Shown: positions 1 to 12,358, counted from the whole stretch's first letter. The stretch: DNA of 63,789 nt, filler included, from Octopus bimaculoides (GCF_001194135.2; 7 parts of 6 records of this genome joined end to end with filler, not necessarily neighbours in it); one strand, 5' to 3'. The notes: a model not told the origin generated them from the letters alone. Numbers and translations are program-made.

Positions 1-212
1 TGTGTGTGTGTGTGTGTTTGTCCCCCCAACATCGATTGACAACCGATGCTGGTGTGTTTACGTCCCCGTAATTTAGCGGCTTGGCAAAAGAGGCTGATAG
101 AATAAGTACTAGGCTTACAAAAAATAAGTCTCGGGGTCGATTTGCTCGACTAAAGGCGGTGCTCCAGCATGGTCGCAGTCAAATGACTGAAACAAGTAAA
201 AGAGAGTAAAAA
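1..212 (+). mobile_element. tRNA-headed SINE family A, 3' half
   Basis: (TG)n followed by 'gtttgtccccccaacatcgattgacaaccgatgctggtgtgtttacgtcccc...gcggtgctccagcatggtcgcagtcaaatgactgaaacaagtaaaagag'; same text recurs at 4640, 12359, 13185, 23015 and 25160. Confidence 0.8.
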
Positions 213-541
213 AAAAAGAGAATATGTGTGTGTGTAAATATACACCCATATATACATGTATAAATATATATATGTGTGTGTGTGTGTGTATATATATATA
301 CATACATACATACATAAATATATATAGACATACATACATACACACACACATATATTCTTGCATGCAGCAAGAATAAGGCCCCTGCATGCAATTGTAACCA
401 AATGACAAATGAAACAACCTTGCCCGCACTTGTGCTTCAGAGAATAACTTTCTCGGTGCAATTCCATGGTCATACATGACTGAAGGGGGTCTTTACCCTT
501 TTTAATGCACACACACGCACATGCACACACACACACACATG

Positions 542-573
<32 letters not shown>

Positions 574-772
574 CATATATAAACTGCTACTAAAAACTAT
601 AAAGTCACATCTTTTTAAAGTTATTTAAAAATTTAGCTCTGTATTTACGCGAACTAAGGGGCACAATCTATAGTTTATGTGTTTTTTGTGAATACTTTGA
701 AATGTAAATTTTGTACCTTTATTATCACATTACAACACCTGATTTTTCTATTTTCCGTAGCATATCAACACT

Positions 773-1075
773 TCAAAACTGTGAAGCCAATAATACATTT
801 CCATTTCTTTCCAGATTGCACATCTGATAACTCACAGATGGCGATTCAATGATTTCCCACAGCTGCACGCAAATCTGTGATGTTTTTCTCAGTTCTGCTG
901 GTTCCGAGTCTCCCAGTACATTCGTCAATATTGACATTTTTTCAGTCATCTTGTAAATGTCTGAACCACTCATACACTTGTGTGTACCTCATACACTCCT
1001 CTCCATACACTTTCTGCAAATTTGTGTAGGCCCCTGAGCAGGTATCACCATGACAACTTTCTCTGTCATGATCAA
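773..1075 (-). mobile_element. Degenerate mariner transposase N-terminal (HTH) fragment
   Basis: Minus strand, with shifts and stops: YTNLQKVYGGECMRYTQV.EWFRHLQDD*KNVNIDECTGRLGTSRTEKNITDLRAAV, matching the mariner pattern LQ.AYG...MS..QVYEWF..F..G...V.DD.RSGRP. Confidence 0.6.
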
Positions 1076-1249
1076 GTAGTGCTGTAAACAGAGGAAGTGA
1101 GTTAGAACATTAAAACTTAGTGCACATGCACAGCAGAGGTCAATGTCAATCTGTGCCAAGTGGCTTTACTCTGCATGCTTTAGCTTCATTACTAGAGCAA
1201 CAGTCCGGATACTTTGATCAGACCTTGTATATACATATGTATACATATA

Positions 1250-3496
1250 TCATCATCATCATCATCGTTTAATGTCCACTTTCCATGCTAGCGTGGGTTG
1301 GACGATTTGGCTGAGGACTGGTGGACCAGGTGGCTACACCAGGCTCCAATCTGATTTGGCAGAGTTTCTACAGCTGGATGCCCTTCCTAACGCCAACCAC
1401 TCCAAGAGTGTAGTGGGTGCTTTTACATGTCACCGGCATGAAAGCCAGTCAGGAGGTACTGGCAACGGCCACGCTCAAAATGGTGTATTTTACGTGCCAC
1501 GTGCACAGGAGCCAGTCCAGCGGTACTAGCAACAAACTCACTCGAATGTCTTTTCACGTGCCACTGGTACAAGTGCCAGGAGGCGACGTTGGTAATGATC
1601 ACGCTCAAATGGTGTTATTTACGTGCCCCAGCATGGAAGCCAGACAGCTAGTGCTCTGGCAGTGATCACGCTTGGACAGTGCTCTTAGTGATCTACTGGT
1701 ACAGGTGCCATCACAATTTCACTTTCACTTGCCCCAACAGGTCTTCGCAAGCCGAGTTTAGTGTTGAATGAAGTGACGTTGGCATGGGTGTCAGTCTACA
1801 AATTTAGTTCGATTTCGATTTCAATTTCACTTGCCTCAACAGGTCTTCGCAAGTGGAGTTTAGTGTCCAAAGAAGGAATGTTCCGCGTAAGTGGGCTGGC
1901 TACATCCCAGGCAGAGGCCTTGGATTTTGGTCTCACTTGGCTTGAGGGTCTTCTCATGCACAGCATATTTCCAAAGGTCTCGGTCAGAAGTCATTGTCTC
2001 GGTGAGGCCTAATGTTCGGTGGTCGTGCTTCACTACCTCATCCCAGGTCTTCCTNNNNNNNNNNNNNNNNNNNNNNNNNNNNNNNNNNNNNNNNNNNNNN
2101 NNNNNNNNNNNNNNNNNNNNNNNNNNNNNNNNNNNNNNNNNNNNNNNNNNNNNNNNNNNNNNNNNNNNNNNNNNNNNNNNNNNNNNNNNNNNNNNNNNNN
2201 NNNNNNNNNNNNNNNNNNNNNNNNNNNNNNNNNNNNNNNNNNNNNNNNNNNNNNNNNNNNNNNNNNNNNNNNNNNNNNNNNNNNNNNNNNNNNNNNNNNN
2301 NNNNNNNNNNNNNNNNNNNNNNNNNNNNNNNNNNNNNNNNNNNNNNNNNNNNNNNNNNNNNNNNNNNNNNNNNNNNNNNNNNNNNNNNNNNNNNNNNNNN
2401 NNNNNNNNNNNNNNNNNNNNNNNNNNNNNNNNNNNNNNNNNNNNNNNNNNNNNNNNNNNNNNNNNNNNNNNNNNNNNNNNNNNNNNNNNNNNNNNNNNNN
2501 NNNNNNNNNNNNNNNNNNNNNNNNNNNNNNNNNNNNNNNNNNNNNNNNNNNNNNNNNNNNNNNNNNNNNNNNNNNNNNNNNNNNNNNNNNNNNNNNNNNN
2601 NNNNNNNNNNNNNNNNNNNNNNNNNNNNNNNNNNNNNNNNNNNNNNNNNNNNNNNNNNNNNNNNNNNNNNNNNNNNNNNNNNNNNNNNNNNNNNNNNNNN
2701 NNNNNNNNNNNNCTCTCTGAACTTTGCTCAGGCTATTCTTATTCTAGCATCTACATTTTCAGCGCACCCTCCCCCACTACTAACTTGGTCACCCAGATAT
2801 CAGAAGCTATCAACTATGTCTAGTTTTTCTCCCTGGAATGTGACAGAAGTTGTTTTCTGCACATTTTCAGAGTTTATTGCACCTGAACATCTACCACATA
2901 CAAAAACTAACTTCCTAGTTAACCTGCCTTTGATATTGTTGCACCTCTTATGCATCCATAGCTTGCACTGGGTACATCTTATAGAGTTTCTACTTACACC
3001 TTTTCTACAGATCGAGCACGGCCATCTACCTGAAGGGGATTGTGTTTTGTCTACCTTCCTACTTATTAGGACTTTGGTTTTAGCTAGGTTGACTCTAAGG
3101 CCTTTGAATTCTAGTCCCTGCTTCCACACCTGAAACTTCTCTTCTAGTTCTGATAGTGACTCAGCAATTAGTGCAAGGTCATCAGCATAGAGGAACTCCC
3201 AGGGGCATCCTGTCTTGAATTTCTCCGTTATCGCCTGGAGGACTATGATAAATAGGAGGGAGCTGAGGACAGAACCTTGGTGGACCCCTACCTCCACCCG
3301 GAATTCTTCACTGTACTCATTGCCAACCCTCACCTTACTGACAATGTCTCTGTACATGGCTCGCACAGCTCTCACTAAACATTCTTCTATCCCTAGTTTC
3401 CTCATTGACCACCAGATAAGGGATCGGGGGATCCTGTCAAAGGCTTTCTCCATGTCAACGAAAGCCAGGTACAGAGGTTTATCCTTGGTTAGGTAT
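1250..3496 (-). mobile_element. RTE-clade LINE copy 1 (RT, Cys/His insert, C-terminus, 3' UTR with (GAT)n tail); spans an N-gap
   Basis: 3496->2800 reads YLAFVDMEKAFDRIP...GVHQGSVLSSLLF...FLYADDL...GLRVNLAKTKVL...RWPCSICRKGV...CTQCKLWMHKRC. 2054->1940 reads RKTWDEVVKHD...DRDLWKYAV (RTE C-terminus). Ends in the catcatcatcgtttaatgtcc tail at ~1250. 5' part lost in the gap 3497-4098. Confidence 0.85.
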
Positions 3497-4197
3497 NNNN
3501 NNNNNNNNNNNNNNNNNNNNNNNNNNNNNNNNNNNNNNNNNNNNNNNNNNNNNNNNNNNNNNNNNNNNNNNNNNNNNNNNNNNNNNNNNNNNNNNNNNNN
3601 NNNNNNNNNNNNNNNNNNNNNNNNNNNNNNNNNNNNNNNNNNNNNNNNNNNNNNNNNNNNNNNNNNNNNNNNNNNNNNNNNNNNNNNNNNNNNNNNNNNN
3701 NNNNNNNNNNNNNNNNNNNNNNNNNNNNNNNNNNNNNNNNNNNNNNNNNNNNNNNNNNNNNNNNNNNNNNNNNNNNNNNNNNNNNNNNNNNNNNNNNNNN
3801 NNNNNNNNNNNNNNNNNNNNNNNNNNNNNNNNNNNNNNNNNNNNNNNNNNNNNNNNNNNNNNNNNNNNNNNNNNNNNNNNNNNNNNNNNNNNNNNNNNNN
3901 NNNNNNNNNNNNNNNNNNNNNNNNNNNNNNNNNNNNNNNNNNNNNNNNNNNNNNNNNNNNNNNNNNNNNNNNNNNNNNNNNNNNNNNNNNNNNNNNNNNN
4001 NNNNNNNNNNNNNNNNNNNNNNNNNNNNNNNNNNNNNNNNNNNNNNNNNNNNNNNNNNNNNNNNNNNNNNNNNNNNNNNNNNNNNNNNNNNNNNNNNNGA
4101 ACCACAACAAATATCACTGAGAGGAACATTCTTCCACTGTCTAACCCATATCTCTCTGATGATGGAATACTGAACTTACAGAGTCTTTATTTGATAC

Positions 4198-4275
4198 GAT
4201 GCCCCAATAGTTAAGATAACCCAATAGTTAAGATACCCCAATAGTTGAGATGCCCCAATAGTTGAGACACCCAGA
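4198..4275. repeat. Minisatellite, ~17-nt unit x4 (ccccaatagttRagatR)
   Basis: Directly visible tandem copies. Confidence 0.85.
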
Positions 4276-4565
4276 CACAGCCGTCAAAGACTATTATTTA
4301 CTATTTTTACCATTTGTTATGTAGCTGAATTTAGATTGAATTCAATGAAATTAAAGTTCCTTATCATGCCTTGCCTAACTATTTGCCTTTCTTCACTACT
4401 TTAACCTATACCTACAGACTCAAAGGGAAGCCACCTTTAGCTGTTTTGAACAAGACAATCACATAACCACAACTTCAACTGCTGTTCAAACTGGAATTTT
4501 AGTTGCATACCTATTTTAGCACTAAGAACACATACCTATTAGTTTGAGTCATCCTGATGAAAACT

Positions 4566-4602
<37 letters not shown>

Positions 4603-4639
4603 CATACATACACATATTTATAAATGTATATATATATAT

Positions 4640-4790
4640 ATGTTGGTGTGTTTATGTCCCTATAACTTGGCAGTTTGGCAAAAGAGATCGATAGAATAGG
4701 TACTAGGCTTACAAAGAATAAGGCCTGGAGTCGATTTCTTCGACTAATGGCAGTGCTCCAGCATAGCTGCAGTCAAATGACTGAATAAAA
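4640..4790 (+). mobile_element. SINE family A, 3' half
   Basis: 'tgttggtgtgtttatgtccctataacttggcagtttggcaaaagagatcgatagaatagg...tcaaatgactgaata' matches the 1-212 copy. Confidence 0.7.
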
Positions 4791-5060
4791 CAATATTTAT
4801 AAGAGTTCAATATTCAAGTGAATAGGTACCTAAACAGTAAAGCACCAAGTTTGGGTCAAAGAAATAGCAATCATGTACCAAACAAAATTAGAGAAACATA
4901 TACGTACATACAGAAGTACAGATGGCTTAATATTCCAATAACATATACAATCACAAGTGTCTGACAGAATATACCACATGTCTCAAGGCTGTACCAAGGA
5001 ATTTTCACTGCACCAATTGTACTGTGCATAACAGACTCAACAGGTCTCTCAGCAGTTATA

Positions 5061-5867
5061 ATGGAAGGAGATTATTCGTCTCCTTCTCAAAGGAAGTATC
5101 CCAGACATGGGTGAAAACACTTTGATGATGGACCTGATTCTGAGAAATTCAGGTAACTTTTCATTGGCGGTTAAAGTTATGATACCAATGAAGAAAGTTT
5201 GAAGAAATACCTCTCAAAATGGGGTGATATCGTTGAGTATGTAGCGATGAGAAACCCCAGTACTAAATGGTTTAGAGGGTTTGGCTTCATTATTTACAAA
5301 AATATGAGTGAAGTTGATGAAGCTCAGAAGGAAAGACCACATTCTTTGGACAACCATTAAGTTGAGACCAAGTATGCTATACCAAAAGATGACGCTGAAT
5401 CTCAAGCAACTGTCAAGAAAATATTTGTTGGTGGTCTTAAAGAAGACATAACAGATGATCAGTTATGGGAGTTTTTTGACCCCCATGGCAAAATAACAAA
5501 CATTGACTTGATTATTGCTAAAACCACTAGTAAGAAGAAAGGATTTGGTTTCATTTTCTTTGAAGACTATGATACTGTGGACAAACTTGCCTTGAAAAAA
5601 TACTTGACCTTAAACGGAAAGCAAATTGAAGTAAAGAAGGCTCTGTCTCAATCTGAAATAAACAATAGTAGAATGGGTGGTGGACCTAGCTATCATGGCT
5701 CTGATGGTGACTGGTTTCCTGGATTTAGTAGAGGCTTTGGAAGAGACAACTTTGGTGCTGGAGGTGGTTACGGAAATTTCAGAGGTGGCGGTTATGGTGG
5801 TGGAAGACCTGTGATTGAAGTGGTTCTAGAACAGGAGCTTATCTATTTTATTCGACATTTAATGTAA
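5061..5867 (+). pseudogene. Processed pseudogene of an hnRNP A/B-family (hnRNP A1/A2-B1/Hrb98DE-like) gene: two RRMs plus Gly-rich tail
   Basis: One intronless frame from ATG 5061: ...EKFR*LFIGG*SYDTNEESLKKYLSKWGDIVEYVAMRNPSTKWFRGFGFIIY...RPHSLDNH*VETKYAIPK...TVKKIFVGGLKEDIT...KKKGFGFIFFEDYDTVDKLALKKYLTLNGKQIEVKKALSQSE...GGGYGNFRGGGYGGG. RNP1/RNP2 motifs in both RRMs; in-frame stops at 5112, 5154, 5172 and 5358; no frameshift. Confidence 0.92.
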
Positions 5868-6639
5868 ACCTTTCAAACTTTTAATGGGTCTTGGGGTTAT
5901 CACCCCAAGTTTCATTTTTATGCACTGTAGCAAGGGAGTCTTTCTGGCAGAGGTAATCTCTCCTCAAGTTCAGTGAAGTAAAACATCTAAACTAGGAAAT
6001 GAACTTCCATTACAGATCTATCACTTTATAGTATGCATACTGAAAAGTTTCTGTAAGAGAATATTTTATTAATCCTGAAACAATAAATGGAATAAAATTA
6101 TTAAGTGTCATTCAGCCAACCAACTTTGTGAAATACTACACTTTCTTAAAGTTATGTAGCTACCACTAAGTAAACAACTAAGATTTCACATCTAAGTATT
6201 CAATGCACAGATAATGAAAAAACGGAAATTAAATAAAAATATGCTACACGTCATTTGATTCTAAACTAGAAAGAAGCTTTTAATTCATTGCCATTTCTAT
6301 GTTGGATATCAAATAGATGAAGTTAATAGAGGAAATGAAGCTGCAAAATTTACCATTTATTAGAATATTAGATACATATTTTATTGGCTTGTATCATTCA
6401 AGATTCTATACACAACTGAATTTTTTTTGTCTACCTCAAGGCAAATGTTATAGAGTAAGAGATATACTCTAGGTAAACCAGATTTGTGGTGCCAGTTCAA
6501 TTCCAGATTGAAGGTACATTGCAACCTACATTGTTTCACTTTCAATTAATACATATGCTCTGTAGTATGTCATTTCAGGATTCTTGAATAGTTAGAAAAC
6601 AAATTTATTTTTAATTTACAAATTCAGAGGCAGTAATCT

Positions 6640-6975
6640 ATTTTTTCAAAGATACTAGAAGCATATTGCCAGAGTTCAAGAAAATCTGTGGCAAGTGAGT
6701 TGTGTGATAAGAATTTCAAAATCAAGCATCCATTGCATTTTGAAGCGCTATCCATGTTCTCAGTAAACATGATCAGGATCAAAGAGTGAATTTTTGTGAG
6801 TAGTACTTGTGTAAAAGAAGAACACTTTCCAGCATAGATTGTTTGGCAGTTACATTTAAATCAAATGGCTCAGTTAACTTCCGCAATTGCACCTACTAGG
6901 AACATGAGAATCAACATATTACAGAGGAGCATCATATTAATTTACCAGAAGTTACAGTATGGTGTGGTTAGCAAG
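6640..6975 (+). mobile_element. Degenerate Tc1/mariner-superfamily transposase fragment
   Basis: 6850-6970 reads [37 protein letters not shown], matching F.LNG.VN..NC.YW..ENPH.......P.VTVWCG. Confidence 0.6.
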
Positions 6976-7628
6976 AGGAGGTGGTGGTGGTGGTGGTGTT
7001 CATGGTGATGATGATGAACTGAATGATGGCAATAAGAGTTAAAGTTAACATCCAACAATAGTGATAACAATGATAATGAAGACTATGATGACAAACTTTC
7101 AGTGGAAAAGGCGTTTATGGTTTATCTTTTTCATTGAGATCAAGGCCAGTTTAAGAGAAAAACTCTCTCTCTCTCTCTCACACACACACACGCACACGCA
7201 CACGCACACGCACACGCACACGCACACAATCAGAATTGTTGTTTCAGAGATAAATTTAATAATATCACACAAACCTTCAGTCTTTGAAATATCAGAATAA
7301 AAATATATCAAAATGCTGTTATTCTTATATGATACCCTGTATTTATTTATTTATATGCCTTGACGTGTTACTTTAAAAATATTTTAAATTAAAACTGACA
7401 TTTGATTAGTCATGGTACAAAGTTTGGTTTTATATATTACAAAGAAGCTCTAGAAAGAATTTAGAATACCTTGAAATATTAAAGAATGTCAAACAATTGA
7501 AAGATGATGTAATTGGAAGATGACATGTAGAAACAGTTTTAAAAACTCTCCATCATGGAAAAACAGAAGTGTAAAAGTGATTTAATAAAAAAGTATAAGA
7601 AGTTGTTTAATACAGTTTGTGGCTTTAC

Positions 7629-7704
7629 CTTGAGCTTTTTGTTTAGTTTACAGCAGTACCGGTAGAGCATTCCAAGGTTTAAAGGACCAAAATCCATATA
7701 AAAA
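7629..7704 (-). CDS. CDC14: CDC14 dual-specificity phosphatase, internal coding exon (76 nt, phase 2 to phase 0)
   Basis: Minus strand: ctttgtttttctacag|TTTTTATATGGATTTTGGTCCT...AAAAAGCTCAAG|gtaaag = [25 protein letters not shown], near-identical to CDC14[27 protein letters not shown]; canonical AG/GT. No other CDC14 exon found in the window. Confidence 0.93.
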
Positions 7705-7840
7705 CTGTAGAAAAACAAAGAAAGAAAATGAAAATGAAAGCATAAAGTAACACAACTCACAAATCAGCAGACAAGTAATAAGTTATTAAACAAAGTAGTT
7801 TGCTGTAACAAAACTTAACATGTGTGTGCATGTGCACTCA

Positions 7841-7877
<37 letters not shown>

Positions 7878-7880
<3 letters not shown>

Positions 7881-8112
7881 TCATCATCATCATCATCGTC
7901 GTTTAACGTCCGCTTTCCATGCTAGCTTGGGTTGGACGATTTGACTGAGGACTGGTGAAACCGGATGGCAACACCAGGCTCCAATCTAATTTGGCAGAGT
8001 TTCTACAGCTGGATGCCCTTCCTAAGGCCAACCACTCAGAGAGTGTAGTGGGTGCTTTTACGTGTCACCCGCACGAAAACGGCCACGCTTGAAATGGTGT
8101 CTTTTATGTGCC
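7878..8112 (-). mobile_element. RTE LINE 3'-end fragment (or RTE-tailed SINE)
   Basis: 'catcatcatcgtcgtttaacgtccgctttccatgctagc...cacgaaaacggccacgc' is the 3' UTR of the RTE copies at 1250 and 18980. Confidence 0.8.
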
Positions 8113-8559
8113 NNNNNNNNNNNNNNNNNNNNNNNNNNNNNNNNNNNNNNNNNNNNNNNNNNNNNNNNNNNNNNNNNNNNNNNNNNNNNNNNNNNNNNNN
8201 NNNNNNNNNNNNNNNNNNNNNNNNNNNNNNNNNNNNNNNNNNNNNNNNNNNNNNNNNNNNNNNNNNNNNNNNNNNNNNNNNNNNNNNNNNNNNNNNNNNN
8301 NNNNNNNNNATATATATGTATATATATGTATATTCAGACATTCCAGTAGAAACCCCCCTCTATCTAGACATAGCTACATATAACAACAGGGATGAGGTTA
8401 TTTCCTACAAGGCACAAACCTAGATCTTTTTTTGTCTAAAGATAAATTTCAGTGGGGATGCTTGTATCTTAACTCTTAAAGGAATCATTTTGACTAAGAG
8501 CGAAAATAAATTCTATAGCATGTTCAACACCAACAAAGACTAAAAAGGAACCTGTATGT

Positions 8560-8880
8560 CAATCATAGGCAACCCATGGCCTGCAGGACTTTCTGAATGG
8601 CATGCCTAACCAAAAATTGCCTCAAATTTTTTTTAGTGGTGCAGCCTGCTTAATGATGATCCATGTCTCATGCAGTCCACTTCTCAAAAGAGATTGTTCG
8701 TGCCTACTCTTTGTGACTGCTTCACCTGCTAGAAATAGTCGCCAATTTTCTTTTAAATTATTCTCTACCAAACTTTAAACAAGAAAAGAACACATATAGT
8801 CCTAATTACCCACAAAATGACGAGATGGTCATGGCTAGAATGCTTTTCATTATAATTCTGCTTAATCTGGACTGAAGCTA
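8560..8880. repeat. Interspersed repeat (second copy at 62440-62745)
   Basis: Shares 'ctttctgaatggcat...aaaaattgcctc...gtggtgcagcc...ctgctagaaatag' with 62440-62745. Confidence 0.6.
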
Positions 8881-9689
8881 AACACCATGATCACTAACAC
8901 ACACACCAAAATATGTATCAATGCACATTCATCATCTTATCTTTCACATCTTCTTTCATTGCCATAAAGGATAGACCATGAGCTGAAAGATGTTGACCAT
9001 TTCCATTGATTTCTATTCATGACAAAGTGGTCAGCATCACTAAATCTACTATTGCATCTACTATTGATCAACATCAACTTATGAAATATATGTTGTTTCC
9101 AATGCTCATTCAAAACAACAAGACATTGTAGAGTGATTTTTGACATTCAAATTCACTGTTAATGCCTGTTAATGTCCAGGCCTCACTGCTGTACCACAGA
9201 ACTATTTCAACTCAAGTTTTGGAAAGTAATCTCTTATTCCTATCATTGACTGAACAATTCCAAAGTAAAGTTCAGACATACACCCCACCATAGATACATA
9301 TGGATTCTGCTGACAGTCCTGCAAGTTCTTACAAAACAGCCTGCACAAGTGATTTATTTATTGCAAACAAATGTTTGTTGTACATTAGCTCACTCCCTCC
9401 ATCAAATTAACATTGCCTGTACAGGTGCAAAGTGTGTCACACATCAGATGTTTTAAGTGATGAAAGAACATAATGCACTGTCCAGTCCATTAATTGAAAC
9501 CAGTCTTGTAATTGCAAATGCAATATCCTAACAACACACACACACACACACACACACACATAAATATACTCATGTCTTGGTTAACTAGTTTATCTCTAAT
9601 AGTAAGCTAACAAACATGCTGTAGAGTAATTCAGACTTTCTAAACAGCCATATAAATTTGACATTGAAGGATTCATGCATTTGTATTAA

Positions 9690-10896
9690 TAACACCATGT
9701 TATGTTTAATGTGAGTATAAAATTTTTGCTCCTGAACCACTGTCTAGGCTTTTGGCTTTTGATAATGAACATTAGCTCTGCAGGTGATTTGCCTGAACTG
9801 GTATTCAGATTGGGTACTATTCTGTACACCTTTAAGAATTTAGTTAGTGCTTCATTATTTCCTAACTTGTTCCTTACTTTTCTTAACATTCATTTGAAAG
9901 TATTTATGAATCATTCTGCTTTCCCATTTGACCTCAGGTGGTAGGGCATGCTTGATTGCATGCATTTTGCAGAATTTCTTGAACTCGTATCCTGTAAATT
10001 GTGTTCCATTGTCCAATACCATGGTGTCCAGAACACTGTATCGAGCAAAACGTTTGTGCAGGAACATGGACTATCTGTCTCAGGCCATGATTGGTATTTC
10101 ACCAGTGATGCCTTGGCTACTAGTCCACAACCTCTACATGATTTTACCAAATTTTCAATGTCTGGTGCATTATCGGCCAAAACTCTTCATCAAAGCTTTA
10201 ATTCTTGACATCCCTGGGTATCCACTATGAAATTCATGTAATATCCATTTCTGTAGTGCAGTTGGTACTACCACTCTTTGTACAAACATAAATACATCAT
10301 CACAGAGTGAAAAATAATTCACATTTATGTTTCTCTTTTGTTTATTTTTCAAGGTTTCCTTCATGCATTTGTCCTCTGCTGATTTATTTTTATATCTTGT
10401 ACAGTCACTGGCAACTCCTGAATGGCATTACACATAATGTTTTTAAGTCCCTTTTCTCATTGTAATGCAGCTATCCAGTGGTTCCACATTCTTCAGAATT
10501 AACCTAGAAAAACAATCCGCATGGCCAATTTTCTTAGAAGGAATGTATTCCATCTTAAAGTTGTAATTTAACAACATTGAACCCCAACATTGTAATCTGT
10601 TAGCTGAATGGATAGGAATTCCTTTCTTCGATCCCAAAATTGACAGTAACGGTCAGTGGTCCATCTGAAACTGAAAACTGCTGCCATGGAGAATTCTTCT
10701 TTCTCTATCGAACTATAGTTTTTTTCTGCTGTAATCAGAGCACATGAGGCATGAACCACTGTCTTCCTATTACAATCTTTTTATTTGTGTAGCACAACTG
10801 GTCCTACACCATATTCAGAAGCATCAGAAGCTACAACAATCTCTGCTTCAGGATCGAAATGAGCCAGTGACAAATCTGAAATTAATACTTTTTTTC
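9690..10896 (-). mobile_element. Degenerate Ty3/Gypsy pol remnant A (RT end, RNase H, integrase)
   Basis: Minus-strand pieces in pol order: KVLISDLSLAHFDPEAEIVVASDASEYGVG; HASCALITAEKNYSSIEKE; ANRLQCWGSMLLNYNFKMEYIPSKKIGHADCFSRL; VVVPTALQKWILHEFHSGYPGMSRIKAL; DIENLVKSCRGC; LDNGTQFTGYEFKKFC. Many frameshifts. Confidence 0.85.
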
Positions 10897-11641
10897 GTGC
10901 CTTCGGAAAGAAACAGGGCGGACGCACTGACCAGGGTGAAAAGGGCATGGCTGGAGGAACCGGAGGAAGCAAGGAAAGGGATAGCGGCAGCGTGTCAGCT
11001 GGGTGACTCCAAACTGAAGGAGCTACATGCTATGCACCACTTGGGGGTGGATAGGACCCTGTATCTAGCGAAAATGGTTGATGCTGACATCACTAGGAGA
11101 AACGTTAAGAAAGTGGTCGCGAAATGTGACAGATGCCAGTCCATTGACCCCGCCCCGGGTGGGCATGAGCAAGAGAACCTCTCAGTAGAGCGCAACTGGA
11201 GGAGACTAGCTGTGGATGTGACGCACTACCGTCAGGGAATGTATCTCAGCATGGTCGACTGTGGGCCGAGCTGGCTGGCCATTTGGAGGGAGATGAGATT
11301 GCCCGCATTTTGAACGGGATATTCTTGGAGAGGGGTCCCGTGGAAGAACTGCTAATGGACAACGTGGCGGCGTTTCGTTCAGAAGCGTTGGGGGAGATGT
11401 TTGACCGGTGGAAGGTGCAACGATTATTTAGAGCGGTGTATAGGCCGAGTAGCAACGGAATCGTTCAGAGGCACCATCGGACGATCAAGGCCATGGCTGA
11501 AAGGGGGCACATTTCGCCCCTGGAAGCGGTCCACTGGTATAACATGTCTCCTCGATCCGGACAAGCGGAAAAGTCTGTGCCGCACAGAGCAGTGTTCAAG
11601 TATGAATGGAGGCATCCCAGTAAGACGCCGGAGTTCTGCGA
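10897..11641 (+). mobile_element. Ty3/Gypsy integrase fragment B (HHCC zinc finger and DDE core)
   Basis: VPSERNRADALTR...LHAMHHLGVDRTLYL...CDRCQSIDP...WRRLAVDVTHY...YLSMVDCGPS, a frameshift near 11300, then IFLERGPVEELLMDNVAAFRS...YRPSSNGIVQRHHRTIK. GC-rich; runs into the gap at 11642. Confidence 0.88.
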
Positions 11642-12358
11642 NNNNNNNNNNNNNNNNNNNNNNNNNNNNNNNNNNNNNNNNNNNNNNNNNNNNNNNNNNN
11701 NNNNNNNNNNNNNNNNNNNNNNNNNNNNNNNNNNNNNNNNNNNNNNNNNNNNNNNNNNNNNNNNNNNNNNNNNNNNNNNNNNNNNNNNNNNNNNNNNNNN
11801 NNNNNNNNNNNNNNNNNNNNNNNNNNNNNNNNNNNNNNNNNNNNNNNNNNNNNNNNNNNNNNNNNNNNNNNNNNNNNNNNNNNNNNNNNNNNNNNNNNNN
11901 NNNNNNNNNNNNNNNNNNNNNNNNNNNNNNNNNNNNNNNNNNNNNNNNNNNNNNNNNNNNNNNNNNNNNNNNNNNNNNNNNNNNNNNNNNNNNNNNNNNN
12001 NNNNNNNNNNNNNNNNNNNNNNNNNNNNNNNNNNNNNNNNNNNNNNNNNNNNNNNNNNNNNNNNNNNNNNNNNNNNNNNNNNNNNNNNNNNNNNNNNNNN
12101 NNNNNNNNNNNNNNNNNNNNNNNNNNNNNNNNNNNNNNNNNNNNNNNNNNNNNNNNNNNNNNNNNNNNNNNNNNNNNNNNNNNNNNNNNNNNNNNNNNNN
12201 NNNNNNNNNNNNNNNNNNNNNNNNNNNNNNNNNNNNNNNNNNNNNNNNNNNNNNNNNNNNNNNNNNNNNNNNNNNNNNNNNNNNNNNNNNNNNNNNNNNN
12301 NNNNNNNNNNNNNNNNNNNNNNNNNNNNNNNNNNNNNNNNNNNNNNNNNNNNNNNNNT

